DNA of 64,000 nt from an uncultured Thiotrichales bacterium. GTDB taxonomy: Bacteria > Pseudomonadota > Gammaproteobacteria > UBA4575. The stretch lies in NCBI GenBank assembly GCA_964486815.1, contig CAZAOO010000013.1, forward strand, positions 9,965-73,964, in the 5' to 3' direction. Made by a program: the position numbers and the translations under genes. The notes below the pieces were generated by a model. It did no database searches. It was not told the origin of the DNA and worked only from the letters and a program-made list of their open reading frames with translations. Within the stretch, counting starts at the first letter, position 1; every line of letters begins with the position of its first letter. This document shows positions 38,207 to 48,315 of the stretch, in pieces.

Positions 38207-40795
38207 CTAAGTTAATTGTTTCAAACCTTCGATTGGAACTGGGGAGCCCATTGCATAACCTTGGGCATAATCAACACCGAGTTCACGTAGCATGTCTACG
38301 ACTTCTTGACTTTCAGCACACTCGGCAATGGTACCGATACCCATAATATGTCCAACTTGATTGATTGCTTCAACCATTGCGTGATCAATAGAGTCATCAA
38401 TCATGTCATGCACAAAGCTCCCATCAATCTTTAAATAATCAACAGGCAGATTTTTTAGATAGGTAAATGATGAAAGTCCACTACCAAAATCATCCAAAGC
38501 AAATCGACATCCAATTCTTTTGAGTTCCAAAATTAATTGGCTAACTTGATCTAAATTACTGACTGCTGCAGTTTCAGTTATTTCAAAACATACGTTTGTG
38601 GGTTGAATAGCAGTTCGTGTAATCTCACCTTTAATGAAATCTAGCAATGAGTCATCGTTAAGTGAGTTGCCTGATAAGTTAATGGCAATCTGTACTCCAG
38701 AATGCTCACCAAAGGTATCGTTATAACTATTGAATGCAGTGCTAATCATCCATCGATCCAGGCTGGTCATTAAGCCATAACGTTCTGCTGCTGGTATAAA
38801 GCTTGCCGGCATAATCAAATCGCCTTGTGGGTCTGTAAGCCGAATTAATAATTCATAATGTAATGATTCATTATGTTTATGTGATAGTGCAACTATTGGT
38901 TGGCAATAAATTCTGAATCTATCTCCTTGTAGAGCACCAGTCACACCAGCTGCCCGCATCATTTCTGTGTGCCGGCGTGTTAGCTCGTCATCTTCTTTTC
39001 TATGGATATGTAGTTTATTTCGGCCATGATCTTTTGCTGTGAAGCATGCAAGTTCTGCACGCGTTAACATGTGTGCTGGATCTTGAGAAAGTTTGTCTAT
39101 TGCAATCAGTCCAATACTTATACCTATTTCAAAATGTTGGTCGCGCCATTTAAATGTTGAATTGCGTATGGTATTAATGAGGTTCTGTGCAAGCATTTTA
39201 GCTTGGTCAGTAGTGGTATTTACAAGCAATAAAGCAAATTCATCACCACCCAAACGGGCAAAAATATCAATACTACGTATATGCTGTTTCATATGTTCTG
39301 CAGCTTGTTTGAGTACAATATCACCAGCAGTATGGCCAGCTTGTGCATTAATAATTTTAAATTGGTTTAAATCTAAATAACATAAAACATGTTGTACATC
39401 ATGTGTTACTGCACTGGATATTGCGCCTTCCAAACGCAACTCAAATTCTTGTCTATTAAGTAATCCAGTTAAAGCATCGTGTGAAGCCTGATGGCTAATC
39501 TCTTGTGTAAGTCTATTTGTTTCGGAAGAGTCTTTAAAAATTAAAACCAAGCCGCCGGTTTCAATATTTAACGAACTACTTGGAGTGATGGATAGCTCAA
39601 TTGGATGCTCATTATTAAAGCGATCTAATAGAATTAAGTGGCTTCTTGACTCTATTGGTTTGCCTGTATCTAAGCTGTCTTTAGCCAAGTTTGTGATGCG
39701 CTCTCTGGTGTTAGCATCTATCAGCTTCAGTACACTATCTACATGTTTACCTTTTGCCTCATAACTCGGCCAACCAGTTAAACCTTCAGCAACCGGGTTC
39801 ATTGATTCAACCTGACACTTCATGTCAGTGGCAATAACACCATCCTTAAGTAACTTTAAGATGATGTGGTTACGTTGTTTTTCCTGTTCAAGCTTGTTTT
39901 CGGTAACTGAAGTTGCAGTGATGTCTTGTAAAATTAAACTAAATACAGTTTGATCCTTTCCATCTTGAAAAGCAGAAGCTTTAAAATATTTAATAACATC
40001 ATCTGAACCGGTATATTTAATTTCAGGATTGATTTTTTCTGAATCATCATGGCATGTGTTAATAATATGATGCAGTTTAATGATTTCAGACTGTTTAAAA
40101 ATTAATGATAATGGCGTGCCTAATGAGTCTTGTTCATCCAGGTTAAGCATCTTGGCAACAGTGCTATTTAGTTCTACGATGGTGTCTTCTTCATCAAGAC
40201 TTAGAAGGCCAATTGCAGCGACTTGCATAATAGTATCTAACTTATGCTCGGAGCTTTGTTTGGCCTTAATAAAAATATTTTCTGGCTCAGTTGAAGGTGT
40301 GTTGTCAAATTCTATTAAATTATCTTGTACTTGATTAGTATCATCCAAAGAGCTTTTTAATGCTGTTGGTAATGCTTTAATATTTGCGGTAGACCAAATC
40401 TCTACACTTTTTGAAAGTGAGGGTGATGCTTGAATACTTTGATCCATAAGGTCAAAGTCAGTGGGTTTGCGAAGTAAAAATATTTTAATTTTCGTATCGT
40501 GTTCAAGAATCCAATTGATAACTTGTAACGGTTCTTTGATATGGTGCCCTAGTACAATGGCTTTACTATCGATATGCCCACCATGCAGGATATCGGTTAG
40601 TTGTTGTTCGCTTGCAAGGTTTGAAATGGCAAGTGGTGGTGGAGTATGGCGACATAAGTATGTCCACAAATCTTTGCCAACATTAACTAAAGATACTTTC
40701 ACGGCCATATTTGTATATTGACTAGTATCTGCAGCATCGTGTGCGTGATTTGCGCTCATCTTGTTTTTGAAGCGTTTGTCGATTGTTCGAATCAC
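38207..40795 (-). CDS. multidomain c-di-GMP protein: REC-like N-domain, two PAS, GGDEF, EAL
   Basis: 862 aa. GGDEF site RLGGDEFALLL. EAL domain with YELLIRL, …DDFGSGLSSFTYLK…, EITE motifs. Confidence 0.8.
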   Translation of the reverse strand: MIRTIDKRFKNKMSANHAHDAADTSQYTNMAVKVSLVNVGKDLWTYLCRHTPPPLAISNLASEQQLTDILHGGHIDSKAIVLGHHIKEPLQVINWILEHDTKIKIFLLRKPTDFDLMDQSIQASPSLSKSVEIWSTANIKALPTALKSSLDDTNQVQDNLIEFDNTPSTEPENIFIKAKQSSEHKLDTIMQVAAIGLLSLDEEDTIVELNSTVAKMLNLDEQDSLGTPLSLIFKQSEIIKLHHIINTCHDDSEKINPEIKYTGSDDVIKYFKASAFQDGKDQTVFSLILQDITATSVTENKLEQEKQRNHIILKLLKDGVIATDMKCQVESMNPVAEGLTGWPSYEAKGKHVDSVLKLIDANTRERITNLAKDSLDTGKPIESRSHLILLDRFNNEHPIELSITPSSSLNIETGGLVLIFKDSSETNRLTQEISHQASHDALTGLLNRQEFELRLEGAISSAVTHDVQHVLCYLDLNQFKIINAQAGHTAGDIVLKQAAEHMKQHIRSIDIFARLGGDEFALLLVNTTTDQAKMLAQNLINTIRNSTFKWRDQHFEIGISIGLIAIDKLSQDPAHMLTRAELACFTAKDHGRNKLHIHRKEDDELTRRHTEMMRAAGVTGALQGDRFRIYCQPIVALSHKHNESLHYELLIRLTDPQGDLIMPASFIPAAERYGLMTSLDRWMISTAFNSYNDTFGEHSGVQIAINLSGNSLNDDSLLDFIKGEITRTAIQPTNVCFEITETAAVSNLDQVSQLILELKRIGCRFALDDFGSGLSSFTYLKNLPVDYLKIDGSFVHDMIDDSIDHAMVEAINQVGHIMGIGTIAECAESQEVVDMLRELGVDYAQGYAMGSPVPIEGLKQLT

Positions 40796-40977
40796 GTGTT
40801 AAATAAATCTTCCTGTGAGCTGGCTTTTACGTATTGCCGGATCCATTGTCTTACCAGGCGAGAGGCACTATCGTCTTCATCTTTTACCATGCGCATGAAT
40901 TCATCGCGTAAATCACGTGAAATCCTTACTTGTAATAGGGCTGAATTTAGTGGCTTTTTTTCTACTGGTGATGTCAT
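40792..40977 (-). CDS. ribbon-helix-helix (Arc/MetJ/CopG-like) DNA-binding protein
   Basis: 61 aa. LQVRISRDLRDEFMRMVK…ASRLVRQWIRQYV fits a beta-strand plus two helices. Stop overlaps the start of the PAS-GGDEF-EAL gene. Confidence 0.5.
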   Translation of the reverse strand: MTSPVEKKPLNSALLQVRISRDLRDEFMRMVKDEDDSASRLVRQWIRQYVKASSQEDLFNT

Positions 40978-41188
40978 TTTATTATCATTCGAATATCATG
41001 ATAATAGTATGACAAAGTTCTCATAACTATACAAAAAAAGTGGTTTCAGAAGGTGCCCGAACGTACTGATAAATAAAGAGGCATTGCTTCAATGGAAGAA
41101 AAACCGGCAATTAATAAGTATATTAACGGTTACTAATATAAAAATATCTAATAGACTAATAATATAACAAGGATTAGATCACATATCG

Positions 41189-41989
41189 ATGGATAATATG
41201 CTGCGACTACTTAACATAATGCAAATGCTGCGTGATCCTGAAGACGGCTGTGCTTGGGATATTCAACAGTCATTTGCCTCCATACTTCCATATACGATTG
41301 AAGAGGTGTACGAGGTTGCTGATGCTATTGATCAGCAAGATTTTGAACAGCTTAAAGATGAACTTGGAGATCTGTTATTACAGATTGTTTATTACACGCA
41401 AATGGCAAGGGAGAAAAATCTATTTGATTTTGATGATGTGGCGAGAAACATATGTGACAAATTAGTTCGCCGTCACCCTCATGTGTTTGATAGACAAAAC
41501 GTTGAGGAGGGTGAAGGTTCTGTTAAGAATAGTTGGGAGCAAATCAAACAGCAGGAGCGTAGCGAAAAAGCAGAAACAAATTCAACAAGTAGTATATTAG
41601 ATGATATCCCTGCAGCATTACCTCAGCTGTTGCGTGCAAAAAAAATACAAAAGCGTGTTGCAAGTGTTGGTTTTGATTGGCAGGAGATTACAGGGGTGAT
41701 CGAAAAAGTTGAAGAAGAGCTTGCTGAGTTAAAAGAAGTTATAAGTACCGATAATAATCCAGTAGCTCTAGAAGAAGAGTTGGGTGACTTGTTATTTTCT
41801 GTCGTCAATCTTAGTAGACATATAAATATTAATGCCGAAGAAGCATTGCGTAAAGGTAATAAAAAATTTATTGGACGTTTCAAGTACTTGGAAGATAAAA
41901 TAAATTGCGAGGGTGGTGTAATTGCTAATTACAGTTTGCAAGAGCTAGAGCAATTTTGGCAACAAGCGAAGCAAGCTACTCACTCTTAA
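41189..41989 (+). CDS. mazG: nucleoside triphosphate pyrophosphohydrolase MazG
   Basis: 266 aa. Two MazG EExxE-type modules (EEVYEVADAI…, EELGDLLF). Confidence 0.88.
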   Translation: MDNMLRLLNIMQMLRDPEDGCAWDIQQSFASILPYTIEEVYEVADAIDQQDFEQLKDELGDLLLQIVYYTQMAREKNLFDFDDVARNICDKLVRRHPHVFDRQNVEEGEGSVKNSWEQIKQQERSEKAETNSTSSILDDIPAALPQLLRAKKIQKRVASVGFDWQEITGVIEKVEEELAELKEVISTDNNPVALEEELGDLLFSVVNLSRHININAEEALRKGNKKFIGRFKYLEDKINCEGGVIANYSLQELEQFWQQAKQATHS

Positions 41990-42830
41990 AGCGCATTGAA
42001 AAATCCACTGCATGGACATGCTTCGTTATTGCTCCAATCGATATATAGTCCACACCCGTTTTGGCTACTTCACGTATATTTTCTAAGGTCATGTTTCCTG
42101 AAGCTTCCAGTTTCTTTTTGTTTTCTGTTATTGCAACGGCATTTTCTAATTCTGAAAGAGAAAAGTTATCTAGTAAGATAACATCGGTTTGAGTATTAAG
42201 TGCCTCTTTAAGTTGCACAACATTTTCTACTTCTACTTCCAGTTTAATGTTGGGAAATTGTTGCTTTGCCTGGTTTATGGCTTTTGCAACAGAGCCCGCT
42301 GTGGCAATATGGTTTTCTTTAATTAATATCGCGTCGTATAAACCCATACGGTGATTTGTGCCGCCACCACAGCGCACCGCATATTTTTGTGCATAGCGCA
42401 TACCGGGGACTGTTTTTCTTGTGTCTAATATTTGTGCATTAGTGCCTGAGATTCGATCAACATAGGCTTTGGTTTTGGTTGCTGTACCGGATAGAGTTTG
42501 TAAAAAATTTAACGCAGTTCTTTCACCGGTTAAAATAGCTTGTGCATTGCCATTTAAAGTGCAAACTGTGGTATCTTTTTCTAACGCTCCACCATCTGTT
42601 ACGTGCCAATGTATTGTGATACTAGGATCAAGTTTATGGAATGCATATTCAAACCATTGCTGCCCACACAGAACAGCTTCTTCACGACTAATAACTTCTG
42701 CGGATGCTGTTTCATTATTATTGAAAGATGAGGCAGTAACATCACCAGTGCCGATATCTTCTTCAAGTGCCGTATTAACTGAATGATTGATGACTATTAA
42801 TGCATCCTTGCTATGGTTATTTAAATTCAT
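41976..42830 (-). CDS. nadC: nicotinate-nucleotide pyrophosphorylase (carboxylating)
   Basis: 284 aa. Type II PRTase motifs (…ILLDNFS…, GAITKHVHAVD). Convergent with mazG, overlapping at the 3' ends. Confidence 0.88.
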   Translation of the reverse strand: MNLNNHSKDALIVINHSVNTALEEDIGTGDVTASSFNNNETASAEVISREEAVLCGQQWFEYAFHKLDPSITIHWHVTDGGALEKDTTVCTLNGNAQAILTGERTALNFLQTLSGTATKTKAYVDRISGTNAQILDTRKTVPGMRYAQKYAVRCGGGTNHRMGLYDAILIKENHIATAGSVAKAINQAKQQFPNIKLEVEVENVVQLKEALNTQTDVILLDNFSLSELENAVAITENKKKLEASGNMTLENIREVAKTGVDYISIGAITKHVHAVDFSMRFKSE

Positions 42831-42871
42831 TCCGTATTGCTTAATCGCTTATTGCTATCTAGGGTTAAAAT

Positions 42872-44206
42872 TCAGTTTTTATTTAAGTATTGTTTGGTTA
42901 CTTTGAAAATAACTGGACTCAAAATTACTAATGCAACTAAGTTTGGTATAGCCATAAATCCATTCATTACATCTGCAAGTAACCAAACAAAATCAAGCTT
43001 AATCATTGTGCCTGTTAGCGTGGCGGCTACCCATAATATTCTATAGGGGACGATTATATTTTCTCCAAATATAAATTCAGCACATCGTTCTCCGTAATAA
43101 CTCCAGCCCAGCAATGTTGTAAATGCAAATATTACTAAACCGAAGGTTACGATGTAGTTGCCGCCATTTATTCCTTGTCCGTAGGCGAGCGCAGACAGGG
43201 ATGCACCGGTTTCGCCGCTTGTCCAAGCACCTGTTAATAGAATAACTAATGCTGTCATAGTGCAAATAATTATGGTGTCTATGAATGTACCGAGCATGCC
43301 AATCATGCCTTGGCGAACCGGGTCATTAGTTTGTGCAGCAGCATGTGCAATCGGCGCGCTGCCCAAGCCAGCTTCGTTTGAGAAAACACCACGTGCAACT
43401 CCAAAGCGTATGGCTGCCCACACTGCAGCGCCGGCAAATCCACCTGTTGCAGCAGTGCCACTAAATGCGCTGGAAAAAATTAAATTGAATGCATTGCCAA
43501 TTTCCCCGAAGTTACTGAAGATTACAATTAATGATCCTGCTACATAAGCAATCGCCATCACAGGCACTAGTTTGCCCGCAACAACTCCAATACGTTTTAT
43601 CCCTCCCAAAATAACCAGACCAACCAACACTGAAAGTACAATGCCGGTAATGAGTGGATCGATATTAAAGTTGCTATTAAGCGCATCTGCTACTGAATTT
43701 GATTGCACCATGTTACCTATACCGAATGCGGCAATAGTGCCAAACAATGCAAATAGGAAGCCCAACCATTTCCAGTTATCGCCTAGCCCATTCTTAATGT
43801 AATACATCGGTCCACCAACATATTTACCATTCGCATCAATCTCTCGATACTTAACGGCTAACACCGCTTCTCCATATTTTGTTGCCATTCCGAGTAGTGC
43901 AGTTATCCACATCCAGAATATTGCACCCGGTCCACCTAGGAATATTGCTGTAGCAACACCTGCAATATTACCTGTGCCAATGGTTGCGGACAGTGCTGTC
44001 ATTAATGCCTGAAAGGGAGTGATGTCTCCCTGATCCTTTTCGGCCTTACCGGATATTAATAATTTAAAACCATAGCCAATTTTTCGCCATGGCATCAGTT
44101 TTAAACCTATCGTTAAGTAGATGCCAACACCGAGCAGTAAGGTCAACATAATCGGACCCCAGATGAAACCGCTTAGTGAATTCAAAAGCGATGTTAGTGC
44201 TTCCAT
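42872..44206 (-). CDS. agcS: sodium:alanine (amino acid) symporter, AGCS family
   Basis: 444 aa, about 11 TM. AGCS motifs (GGPGAIFWMW, …GIGNMVQSN…). Confidence 0.85.
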   Translation of the reverse strand: MEALTSLLNSLSGFIWGPIMLTLLLGVGIYLTIGLKLMPWRKIGYGFKLLISGKAEKDQGDITPFQALMTALSATIGTGNIAGVATAIFLGGPGAIFWMWITALLGMATKYGEAVLAVKYREIDANGKYVGGPMYYIKNGLGDNWKWLGFLFALFGTIAAFGIGNMVQSNSVADALNSNFNIDPLITGIVLSVLVGLVILGGIKRIGVVAGKLVPVMAIAYVAGSLIVIFSNFGEIGNAFNLIFSSAFSGTAATGGFAGAAVWAAIRFGVARGVFSNEAGLGSAPIAHAAAQTNDPVRQGMIGMLGTFIDTIIICTMTALVILLTGAWTSGETGASLSALAYGQGINGGNYIVTFGLVIFAFTTLLGWSYYGERCAEFIFGENIIVPYRILWVAATLTGTMIKLDFVWLLADVMNGFMAIPNLVALVILSPVIFKVTKQYLNKN

Positions 44207-44402
44207 TAGCTTCTCCCTCAGTTACTTACTTTAATAGGCATAGGTGTAATGTAATTTGAATGTTTAATAAAAGCATAGTTTGTTATTCTGATTTATGCTG
44301 CTTTTAAAAATGCTGTAATTTTTATGAGTTGGTTGCCTTAAATTCGCTGTTAGTTAGACAGGCTCATAATGCAATGCTACTCTGATTTCAGAATGATATC
44401 TA

Positions 44403-45395
44403 ATGAGTTTTCTTTTGGTTGATAAACGTTTAAAAATACAAAGTCTGTCATTTCAGGATGCAGTGGAAACGCTGCAACAAGATGTTATTACAGGTCTTGT
44501 TGAAGGTCCACGCAGTCTCCCTCCAAAGTATTTTTATGATGATGAAGGTTCCAGGCTTTTTGATGAAATATGTAAAACTCAAGACTATTACCCAACAAGA
44601 ACAGAATCAGCTTTATTGAATAAACATGCGGCTGAAATTATTGCATTAGTAAAGCCTGAAATTTGCACTGAATTAGGTGCAGGAACCTCTACAAAAACGG
44701 AAATATTATTATCTAAATTGTGCGTCAATGCAGAAACATTTATCTATCAAAATATTGATGTTTGCGAGGAGGTGTTAATTGAGACTGCTGATCGATTGCT
44801 CAAAAAATACAATAATTTACACATTGAATCTGTAGTAGGAGAATATATTCCGGCAATACAGATAGCGCCCAAGCATCCAGGTACAACGCTTTATGTGTTT
44901 ATCGGTAGTTCGATAGGAAATTTTTCTGAGCAAGAATCAGTAGAGCTGCTTTCTGAAGTGGCGAATATAATGGATTCGGAGGATTATTTTTTGATTGGTT
45001 TGGATCGGGTAAAAGATCAAGCAGTCCTTGAGCGAGCCTATAACGATTGCGATGGCGTAACAGCAAAATTTAATTTGAATGTTCTAAATGTGTTAAATGA
45101 TAAATTGTCGGCAAATTTCAGGCTAGAAAAATTTTCACATAGGGCTTTATATAATGAACAACAACAACAAATAGAAATGTATTTAATCTCTGATTGTGAT
45201 CAAGAGATAGATTTTCCTACACTAGGTAAAAAAATTAGCTTGGAAGAGGGTGAAAAAATCCTAACGGAAGTGAGTCGCAAATATACTAGGTCGTCTATAA
45301 ATAGGTTGCTTAAGAAAAGTGGCTTGCAAGAAGCGGTTCACTTTGAGCCTGTAAATGAATATTTTTCTTTGCTATTGGCTAAAAAGTTACAGTAG
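44403..45395 (+). CDS. EgtD-family L-histidine N-alpha-methyltransferase-like protein (Methyltransf_33)
   Basis: 330 aa. SLPPKYFYDDEGSRLFDEICKTQDYYPTRTESALL…ELGAGTSTKT closely parallels the EgtD N-terminal substrate-binding region. Confidence 0.7.
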   Translation: MSFLLVDKRLKIQSLSFQDAVETLQQDVITGLVEGPRSLPPKYFYDDEGSRLFDEICKTQDYYPTRTESALLNKHAAEIIALVKPEICTELGAGTSTKTEILLSKLCVNAETFIYQNIDVCEEVLIETADRLLKKYNNLHIESVVGEYIPAIQIAPKHPGTTLYVFIGSSIGNFSEQESVELLSEVANIMDSEDYFLIGLDRVKDQAVLERAYNDCDGVTAKFNLNVLNVLNDKLSANFRLEKFSHRALYNEQQQQIEMYLISDCDQEIDFPTLGKKISLEEGEKILTEVSRKYTRSSINRLLKKSGLQEAVHFEPVNEYFSLLLAKKLQ

Positions 45396-45425
45396 CTAAG
45401 GAGAAGTATGGTTGCTAGTGGCTTG

Positions 45426-46328
45426 TTAAGCTAAAAGATTTTCCATCAGGGCTTTTTGGGCATGCAAACGATTTTCTGCTTCGTCCCACACCACGCTTTG
45501 AGGCCCATCTATTACGTCAGCTGTCACTTCTTCGCCTCTGTGTGCGGGCAGACAGTGCATGAATAATGCATCTTTGTTTGCAAGGGAGATAAGTTGCTTG
45601 TTAACCTGGAAGTTTTGAAATACTTCTTGTCTTTCGCTCTGTTCTTCTTCTTGTCCCATGCTGGCCCAAACGTCAGTGACAATTAGATCAGCATTCCTAG
45701 CTGCTTCACGGGCATCATGTGTAAGCAAAACATTGTTTTTTGTTTTGCGCATGAATTTTGGGCTGGGGCTATAAGATTCCGGGCAAGCAATATTTAACTG
45801 GAAATCAAGTTGAGTAGCAGCATTAATGTAAGAATGGCACATATTATTTCCATCGCCAATCCATGCAACGGTAGCGCCTTTGATGTCACCTCGATGTTCA
45901 AACCAGGTTTGCATATCTGCTAATAGTTGACATGGGTGTACAAGATCAGTGAGCCCATTGATGACGGGAACTGAAGAATGAGCAGCAAATTTTTCGATAT
46001 TTTCATGTTCGAAAGTCCTGATCATAACGCCATCAACCATGCGCGAAAGAACGCGTGCACTATCTTCAATGGGTTCACCACGACTAAACTGTGTGTCTCT
46101 AGGAGATAAAAAAAGTGCATGACCACCTAGTTGTACCATGCCGGTTTCAAAAGAAACTCGGGTACGTGTAGAGGATTTTTCAAAAATCATTGCTAAGGTT
46201 TTATTTTGCAATGGCGTCGGGTTCTTGCCGTTCTTGTGCAGTTTTTTTAATTCTATTGCGCGCGCTAACAATGCCCTTAGCTCTTCAGGGCTGTAGTCTA
46301 GCAAGGTAAGGAAATGACGTGTGCTCAT
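45426..46328 (-). CDS. argF: ornithine carbamoyltransferase
   Basis: 300 aa. STRTRVSFE carbamoyl-phosphate motif and [11 protein letters not shown] ornithine-binding motif. Confidence 0.88.
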   Translation of the reverse strand: MSTRHFLTLLDYSPEELRALLARAIELKKLHKNGKNPTPLQNKTLAMIFEKSSTRTRVSFETGMVQLGGHALFLSPRDTQFSRGEPIEDSARVLSRMVDGVMIRTFEHENIEKFAAHSSVPVINGLTDLVHPCQLLADMQTWFEHRGDIKGATVAWIGDGNNMCHSYINAATQLDFQLNIACPESYSPSPKFMRKTKNNVLLTHDAREAARNADLIVTDVWASMGQEEEQSERQEVFQNFQVNKQLISLANKDALFMHCLPAHRGEEVTADVIDGPQSVVWDEAENRLHAQKALMENLLA

Positions 46329-46361
46329 ATATTGTTGTTTCTAAGTAGATATCGCTGTCAG

Positions 46362-47552
46362 TTATACTTGTGAAGTTGAAAACTCATCGATGCAGTGGGT
46401 TAATATCTCGATCATAGAATCTGCATTGGATTTGTTAAATATTAGTGGTGGCAATAATCGAATTACTTTTTCAGCGGTAACGTTAATTAGTAATTTATTT
46501 TTTAGACAGCTATCTACCAGTTCTGCGCAGGGTATGTTCATTTCTATACCGACCATTAGGCCTTTGCCTCGCACTTCTTGAACGAGTGTATTGCTTGAAA
46601 GTTTTTCTTGTAACTCTTTAACTATGTAATCTCCAATTTCTATAGCATTTGTGAGTAAATTATTCTTTTCAATAGTATCAAGTGTAGTTAGAGATGCTCG
46701 GCATGCTAATGGGTTGCCACCAAAGGTTGAGCCGTGAGAACCGGGTGCAAATAAACTTGCAGCATGCCCATTAGCCAGACAGGCACCAATCGGTACGCCG
46801 TTGCCCAAGCCTTTGGCAGTTGTTAAAACATCAGGTTGAATGTTGGTGTGTTGAAAGCAAAACCACTTGCCGGTTCTGCCATTACCTGTTTGAACCTCGT
46901 CTAGCATGAGTAGAATCTCATGTTTTTCACATAAGTTTTTTAGTTTAGATAGGTAGTTTGCTGCAGGTATTCGTATTCCACCTTCACCTTGTATGGGTTC
47001 TGCTAAAATTGCAGAAATATTCGTGTTGTTCTGCAAAATATTTTCTACAGATTCAATATTATTGTATGCAGCCCTTACGAATCCAGGCACTAGAGGTTCA
47101 AAGCCAGCTTGAGCTTTTCTATTCCCGGTTGCGGTAAGTGTTGCCATGGTGCGGCCATGGAAACTGTTTTCCATAACAATAATAGCGGGTTCGCTTATAT
47201 TTTTATGATGTCCATGTAGACGCGCTAGCTTAATTGCAGCTTCATTGGCTTCAGCACCTGAGTTGCAAAAAAACACTGCATCCATCCCAGATATTTCACA
47301 TAACTTATCACCTAGTGCTTCCTGTAGTTCGATGCGATAAATATTTGAAGTATGGGTTAGGGTTGCAGCTTGATCTGCAATCGCTTTTGCCACTTCAGGA
47401 TGTGCATGACCCAAACCGCATACCGCAATGCCTGCTAAGGCATCCAGGTATTTTTCTTGTTTGTCTGAGATCAGCCACACACCATTGCCGCTTACAAAGG
47501 TGATGGGCTTGCGGGTGTAGGTTGACATCAAATTATTATCATTTACAGGCAT
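46362..47552 (-). CDS. argD: acetylornithine aminotransferase
   Basis: 396 aa, class-III aminotransferase. PLP-lysine region DVLTTAKGLGNGVPIG. Confidence 0.85.
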   Translation of the reverse strand: MPVNDNNLMSTYTRKPITFVSGNGVWLISDKQEKYLDALAGIAVCGLGHAHPEVAKAIADQAATLTHTSNIYRIELQEALGDKLCEISGMDAVFFCNSGAEANEAAIKLARLHGHHKNISEPAIIVMENSFHGRTMATLTATGNRKAQAGFEPLVPGFVRAAYNNIESVENILQNNTNISAILAEPIQGEGGIRIPAANYLSKLKNLCEKHEILLMLDEVQTGNGRTGKWFCFQHTNIQPDVLTTAKGLGNGVPIGACLANGHAASLFAPGSHGSTFGGNPLACRASLTTLDTIEKNNLLTNAIEIGDYIVKELQEKLSSNTLVQEVRGKGLMVGIEMNIPCAELVDSCLKNKLLINVTAEKVIRLLPPLIFNKSNADSMIEILTHCIDEFSTSQV

Positions 47553-47578
47553 TTTTAAAATACAAATTCATAAGCTCT

Positions 47579-47609
47579 AAATAAAAACGGCAGCTAAACA
47601 AAGCTGCCG
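47579..47609 (-). terminator. rho-independent terminator (8-bp GC-rich stem cggcagct/agctgccg, loop aaacaa, followed on the minus strand by TTTTTATTT)
   Basis: Read directly. Lies downstream of the minus-strand membrane-protein gene 47722-48315 and upstream of argD. Confidence 0.6.
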
Positions 47610-47721
47610 AAAGCGGAATTATACTGCTGCTTAATAAATAAGCAAAAAATATATCATACCCAGCGCCTGACAAAAGTCAGGACTGGGTGTGTTGTGGATT
47701 GGCTATTTTTTAATATAAAGC

Positions 47722-48315
47722 TTAGAAAAACAGTCCTGCATTCCCTCCATGCCCCCAAGCAACCATGCACGCTAACATTGGAATGGATAGTAAAGTGTTA
47801 GTACGTGAAGCAATGAAGGCTATTTTCTTGGCCTTGGCTTTTTCATCGTCACTGGCCTGTTTAATGCCCAGCACCTTCTTTTGATTAGGCCAAATCAAAC
47901 CCCATACATTAAGCAGCATGATGGTACCCAACCAAGCGCCTACACTCATTACCGTAATACCGTCGGTTGCAAAGAAATGGGTTGAAAAGCCACCTATATA
48001 CATAAGTGCTGCCGCTCCTGTTAACCAGGTAGCAAGCGCCCCCCAGCGAAACCATGCGAGTGCACGGGGCGCAACATATTTACCAATCGCTGCAGGTCCG
48101 GGCCCACTGCTGTCGGCAGCAGCTTCGCCCAGTGCTGGGACTTGTACAAAGTTAAAGTAATATAGGAGTCCAATCCAAGTAGTGCCTGATAATACATGCA
48201 ACCACACTACTAGTGACCACGAATTAATTGCATTCGGATCAAAAAACAATGCAATGGCAATTGCTAAAATAAAACCCGCAATGATCGTGCCGAGTATAGA
48301 ATTTAAAGGATTCAT
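47722..48315 (-). CDS. hypothetical inner-membrane protein (4-5 TM)
   Basis: 197-aa hydrophobic ORF. No catalytic motif recognised. Confidence 0.45.
   Translation of the reverse strand: MNPLNSILGTIIAGFILAIAIALFFDPNAINSWSLVVWLHVLSGTTWIGLLYYFNFVQVPALGEAAADSSGPGPAAIGKYVAPRALAWFRWGALATWLTGAAALMYIGGFSTHFFATDGITVMSVGAWLGTIMLLNVWGLIWPNQKKVLGIKQASDDEKAKAKKIAFIASRTNTLLSIPMLACMVAWGHGGNAGLFF

Noticed and set aside
44207-44402. Possible glycine riboswitch upstream of the AgcS amino-acid symporter
   Set aside because: No GGAGAG / CTCTGGAGAG / ACCGAAGGGGCAA-type conserved segments on either strand.
47660-47695. Extended hairpin cccagcgcctgac-aaaa-gtcaggactggg
   Set aside because: Stable stem-loop, but no adjacent T-tract on either strand and no coding context. 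Could be a REP-like element or processing site, or incidental.
47553-47721. ARG-box (ArgR operator) upstream of argD, and a similar look upstream of argG (63538-63659)
   Set aside because: Only half-site-like ATTCA/TGAAA elements with wrong spacing. Not convincing without a matrix scan.
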